Assembly (NCBI GenBank): GCA_016906335.1
Contig: JADEYG010000007.1
Span: 62,001-126,000 of the forward strand
Reading direction: 5' to 3'
Source: Novakomyces olei
Taxonomy: Eukaryota
Length of the DNA: 64,000 nucleotides
Shown here: piece after piece, positions 59,448 through 64,000 of the stretch
Layout of the letters: the number at the start of each line of letters is the position of its first letter
Position numbering within the stretch: the first letter of the stretch is position 1
Translations under genes and position numbers: made by a program
Notes under the pieces: generated by a model
The model's database searches: none
Told to the model about the DNA's origin: nothing
The model's input: the letters and a program-made list of their open reading frames with translations, nothing else

Positions 59448-61172
59448 TCACAATGTATATCTAAACAAAGGCGAAAATTCTCCCATTTTGCTGAGGTCTT
59501 CGGAAGAGTACTGCATCCTTACATCCTCTTTGTCCATCGCTTCGCGTTTCTTATTGTCTCTGCGCAAAAGGAACCAATGAAGAGTTGCAGGAATCATTGC
59601 GCCCAAGATAGTGGCTCCCACCGAAAATCCAAAGCCGAGAGGATAGACTGGTGCTTGATTAGCCAAGTAAATATTTGAGCCAATACTGCCTCCACCAACA
59701 CTGCCAAACAGCATGTAAAAGCCGATAGCAGAGGCACGCTTTGACGGGTTTGGAAAGTTGTTAGCCGCCCATGCCCCCAAAATTGGAGCCTGAGCATTGT
59801 AGCCTGCGGCAGCCAGGAAAATAGCGAAATAAGAAAGACCATAGAGGTTCGGGTAATGTGTGGAAGCCCACAGAATAATAATTCCAATAAGTCCAAGCGT
59901 GTAGGAGGACATGATAAATACATATCTCTTTTGAAACCTGTCGCTCATGACTCCAAAAAGAACGCAAATACAAGTGGCAAAAATGTAGGGTGGTGTTGTC
60001 AATGCTTGAGCTCGAATGGCAGAATACCCTAAACTCCTAACCATTGTTGGCAACGTATACGCCAGGGAGTAAGTCGGCACGGACCCACCCCACCAAAACA
60101 TCATCATGATGAGGTACGTTTTTCTGTCTTTAGCGGCGGCAAAAGCATCGCTCCACTTGAATACAAGAGTAGGTGCGTCCGGTCCGGAAGCGTACTTGAT
60201 GCGGAGCCTGGAGTACTCCAGTTCATCAGCAGTGAACCAAAAGGAGCCTTTCTCCCCGTACTGATGGGGGAACTTTGGCAGGAGCAGTATTGTAGAAAGG
60301 CCGGCAAAGATCGTGACCACACCTTCAATCAGGAAAAGCCATTGCCAAGCTGACATCCCGTGTTGGCCGTCCAAGTAAGCCACGCCGTAGGCAATGACAC
60401 CGCCAAAAGCTCCTGCTGCTGTATTTGCACCATAAAAGATGGCCATACGGGTTGCTATTTAAACAAAGGAACAGGTCAGTCACACGAAAAAATTATATTC
60501 TTATTTACGTACCAATTTCCTTTGGTGTGTACCACATACTGAGCAAAAAGTAGCCTCCAGGATACAGACCAGCTTCAGCAATGCCAAGCGCTGTTTATTT
60601 GTTAGAAAAATGGTAACAATATTGCAATCAACAAGGAGCAAGACAAGGTGGGCACTTACCAAGACGAATCACAATAAAACCGCCGTATGATTTAACGACG
60701 CAGGTCAATGTCGAGATGAGGCCCCAGGTTGTAACACTTAGAGGGAACCATACTTTGGGTCCCCATCGTCGCAGCAAAATATTTGCTACCGGCTCAAAAA
60801 GACCGTATGTAAAGAAATAGTACATAAGAGCTAAATTGAACTGACGCGAATTCATTCCAACGTCTGTGAGGAAACCGAAAAGCCGAGCGTTTCCCGCATT
60901 AGATCTGTCCAGGGAGCACATGAGATATAAGAAACTGAGAGTGGGCAACAGTCGCCAATCAACTTTTGAGCGTTAGATAAAAGACTCTGCAAATCAAAGA
61001 ATTAAAACTTACGTTTGGCTATCAGCCGTCGTCTCCCTTTACCCTTGAATTGCTGATGCAGGGTTAGGTAGCGCTCATACTCGCCATTGAAATCAACAAC
61101 CTGGCCTTGGTCGACCTCGTTCTTTGCCAGAACAACTGGCTGCTTCTCAACTCCGTAGGCTTCTTCGCTCAT
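59448..61172 (-). CDS. MFS transporter, ACS family (Tna1/allantoate permease-like)
   Basis: VDWRLLPTLSFLYLMCSLDRSNAGNA, IAEAGLYPG, WQWLFLIEG, SDRFQKR; ATG 61172; 3 introns. Confidence 0.88.
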
Positions 61173-61659
61173 TTTGGCTCAAGTCTTTCTTTGATTTTTT
61201 GAAAGTGGCCAAATCTGCGCGCCTTTATACTACACACACCATGACTTTCTTATCAATGTCGTGGCAAACTACTTCGTCGCTCGCGTATTATCTTTTGACA
61301 GGTTCCATCCTAATCCTGAACGGTCAAGTAATAATATCTCGGTGATTCGGTAATTCGGCGTTATGATTAGAAGGACTCGGATGCCTGATATTGCTTATCG
61401 AAAAATACTCTTGGATAAATTATGAGCGGATAAAGGCGCTATAATCAATGGACTAGAACGCTTATTTCCGCCGATATGAATTCGTATACGAACCCCAATC
61501 TCAAAGATGCCGAAGCACCGAACTTTTGTAATAATGCGCATTTAAATATATACTTTAAATTTGATAAATTAGGAGGCTAACAGTCGGCCACAAGACCATA
61601 TATATCGTAGGATAGTCTGAACCGATAAGAAAGACTTGAAGGATCTTTGAGGGATAACA

Positions 61660-62885
61660 ATGCCTGAGCTTACACTGAAGGCGAAGCTGGCAACCAGAGC
61701 CAAAAACAATGACGACAGCCCACTCTTCCCAGAGTACATGCCGTTTTATGATCCTCTGGAAAAAGTAGATGACATTGGGGAATTCGAGCACAAAGATCCG
61801 GGCCACCTTGCAGACCCAAAGTTTCCAAATCTTTTAGCTACTGCAAGCAAAGTTATCGATCTTTCTCCGTACGTTGGATCTGAAATCGAAGGTGTACAGC
61901 TTTCAGCGCTTTCTGAAGCCGGCTTGAACGAACTTGCGCTTTTGGCTGCACAACGTGGCGCCTTGGTTTTTCGAAACCAGGATTTCGGTCATATTGGATT
62001 TGAGAAGCAAAAGCAAATTGTGCGCCATTTCGGACCTCTCCACGTTCACGGATGGGCACCGCATCCCATCGGCGGCTCCCATGAGCACATGGTCATTTAT
62101 GACCATATCAAGTATGATAAATTAAACAAAAAGCTTAAAAAAAATAAAACAATTGAAACCAATTGAAAACAAATAAAACCTGTGCATCGAATTCGCTTAT
62201 AAAACACACAAACAAGCTAACAATATTTAGCGATTTACGAGTGCGCAAATCCTGGAAAGGCAGAAGTCCTATTCAATGGCACAGCGATCAATCTCCAGAA
62301 TCCCAGACGCCCGGATGTACATTTATCTGCATGCTGGAATCTCCCGCCACGTCCGGTGGCGATACGCTTATCAGCTCTAGCGTGCAAGCGTTCAAGTCTC
62401 TCTCCCCCAAATTCCGTAAACGTCTCGAAGGTCTTACTGCCATTCATACAAACGACGATGGCGTGTCGCAAGAGCTCAAAAACGGACAAAAGGCAGTCAT
62501 GCGACGCGAAAAGCTGGAAAATGAACATCCTGTTGTAATCGTTCATCCTGTCACAAAAGAACGCGCTCTTTACGTGAATCAAGTATACACGAAACGAATT
62601 GTTGGATACGACGAAGAAGAATCCGATTATCTGCTGCGTTTCTTGTTTGACCACATGTCCAAACGTCAGGACTTTCAGTGCCGAGTGCGTTATGAGGAGG
62701 GGACCGTGCTTGTGTTTGACCAGCGTGTAGTTCATCATTCACAGACTCTGGATTATCCGGCCGGTGAACGACGCCACGCCTTTAGATTGACACCCTTGGC
62801 AAACAAGCCGATCGCTTCAAAAATAGACGAAGATGAAGATGATTGTGAAAAGGATAGTGGAAGAGTAATGCTGGGACTTTGCTAG
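61660..62885 (+). CDS. TauD/JLP1-like 2OG-dependent dioxygenase (copy 2)
   Basis: VGSEIEGVQL, QRGALVFRNQ, HVH, WHSDQ (HxD), GGDT, HPVVIVHP, DQRVVHH, RRHAFRLT; intron 62112-62230. Confidence 0.9.
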
Positions 62886-62997
62886 ACTTTTGCAGGTAGT
62901 TTGAATATAATTTTTTGGTTGTTAAAACTAATGGCACCCAATAATATGTACATGAAGGTATCTCTAAACAAAATTGTATCAGACAAAAGCAGGAGAA

Positions 62998-63117
62998 AAA
63001 TAGCAATGATAACAACAATAATAATAGCAACAATAATAAAGGAAATAATAACAGTAATAATAACAGTAATGATAGCAATAATAATAGCAGTAATAATAAC
63101 AGTATTTAATAATAACT
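62998..63117 (+). repeat. Degenerate (AAT/AAC/AGC/AGT) trinucleotide microsatellite between convergent genes
   Basis: Directly visible. Confidence 0.85.
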
Positions 63118-63255
63118 ATTTATCGCACATCTAACAGCAATTCAAAAAAAATTGGAACCGAAAAGAGCCCACGTCCTCTAAAATATGACACATGCTTATA
63201 AAAGAATTGAAACCAACGATAGCAGTAAAATTGCACAAATTTGGAAAATTCCAAT

Positions 63256-64000
63256 TCAAAACGAAAAAACAAACGCATTTTCAGCAAGTTCCAAGTTTTG
63301 ACTATTCTCGCGCCATTGCTGCAAGACAGCCAACGGATCTTCAGAGAAAAAGTCCGCCTTGCGCATGCCGCCATTGTCGCCATCCTCCCCTTCATGGTTG
63401 GCCAAAGCACCCTGATCTCCGTCCGCGTCCACGTCCGGCCCAGACTGAGTTCTTATACCATCTTCACCACCTGGTGTCTGATGCAGTCGGATTGAGCTCT
63501 CAAAAAAATGAAGAATAGATCGAGCATTTGGCCAGAACCGTGTGAGGTGCCGGAGGGAGACAAGAGCAGAATCATACCGTCGCAAAGCGGCTATGGCCAA
63601 TACAGGATTAGAAAACCGTGCCTCTGAGCAGAGCTGGATAATAGCTGTAAACAAGCAATTAACCGCCGACAGCCAGAGCAGCTTCATTTCGCCCTTTTCC
63701 GCAATAAGCTGGAAAATGTCTTGGATGCAAGTCGCTGCGGCCAGGCAAATTTCTACATCGCCACCAGATCTAGTATAATTCTCACGGGAGCCTTGTTGCC
63801 TGGCCCTTTGCCTGTGCAGCATAATCAGAAAGGTATTGTATACAAGGTGAAGATTTGCACACCACACGTTTATTGCAGATGTTAGCCGAAGATGTAAATG
63901 ATGCGGTAGACAAAGGGACCAGCTCGCCAACGACTCATCGGAGGCCTTTAAACCGGCTTCCCGCTCATCTGCAGGCACAGGCAAAGAAAACATCAAATTT
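63256..64000 (-). CDS. 3' part of a fungal-specific (probably Zn2Cys6) transcription factor; continues past window end
   Basis: LASW...LP..L, LHLVYNTFLIMLHR, ICLAAA, LRHLTRFWPNA typical of C-terminal regions of fungal transcription factors; DNA-binding domain not in window. Confidence 0.7.
   Translation of the reverse strand, partial: NLMFSLPVPADEREAGLKASDESLASWSLCLPHHLHLRLTSAINVWCANLHLVYNTFLIMLHRQRARQQGSRENYTRSGGDVEICLAAATCIQDIFQLIAEKGEMKLLWLSAVNCLFTAIIQLCSEARFSNPVLAIAALRRYDSALVSLRHLTRFWPNARSILHFFESSIRLHQTPGGEDGIRTQSGPDVDADGDQGALANHEGEDGDNGGMRKADFFSEDPLAVLQQWRENSQNLELAENAFVFSF

Noticed and set aside
62782-63134. Ile/Leu-rich ORFs on both strands
   Set aside because: Artefacts of a trinucleotide microsatellite
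1-64000. Transposons, rRNA, tRNA, PKS/NRPS backbone genes
   Set aside because: No transposase/RT motifs, LTRs/TIRs, RNA-gene signatures or megasynthase domains recognised

Overview
Fungal (ascomycete) nuclear DNA with very short GT-AG introns (many 37-45 nt, branch point close to the AG), so many genes appear fragmented in the ORF track. About 28 protein-coding genes can be rebuilt. A few are housekeeping (OTU deubiquitinase, Syp1-like muniscin, RAD3/XPD helicase). Most form a dense nutrient-scavenging region: five 2-oxoglutarate/Fe(II) dioxygenases, three flavin oxidases/monooxygenases, two DHDPS-family aldolases, two amino-acid permeases, three MFS transporters, three fungal-specific transcription factors, a DUF3830-like protein, an EutQ-like cupin, an SDR and an aquaglyceroporin. 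There is also a divergent GH16/GT2 pair and a Nudix-eIF2B-like fusion. Highlights: (1) a gene set that occurs twice (transcription factor + transporter + 2OG dioxygenase + class I aldolase with an altered GxxGE motif); (2) a ~640-bp interstitial TTACAGG-core telomere-like array with an 83-bp higher-order repeat; (3) an ~18-intron permease with 8- and 11-nt micro-exons. All calls come from motif recognition by eye; no database searches were run.
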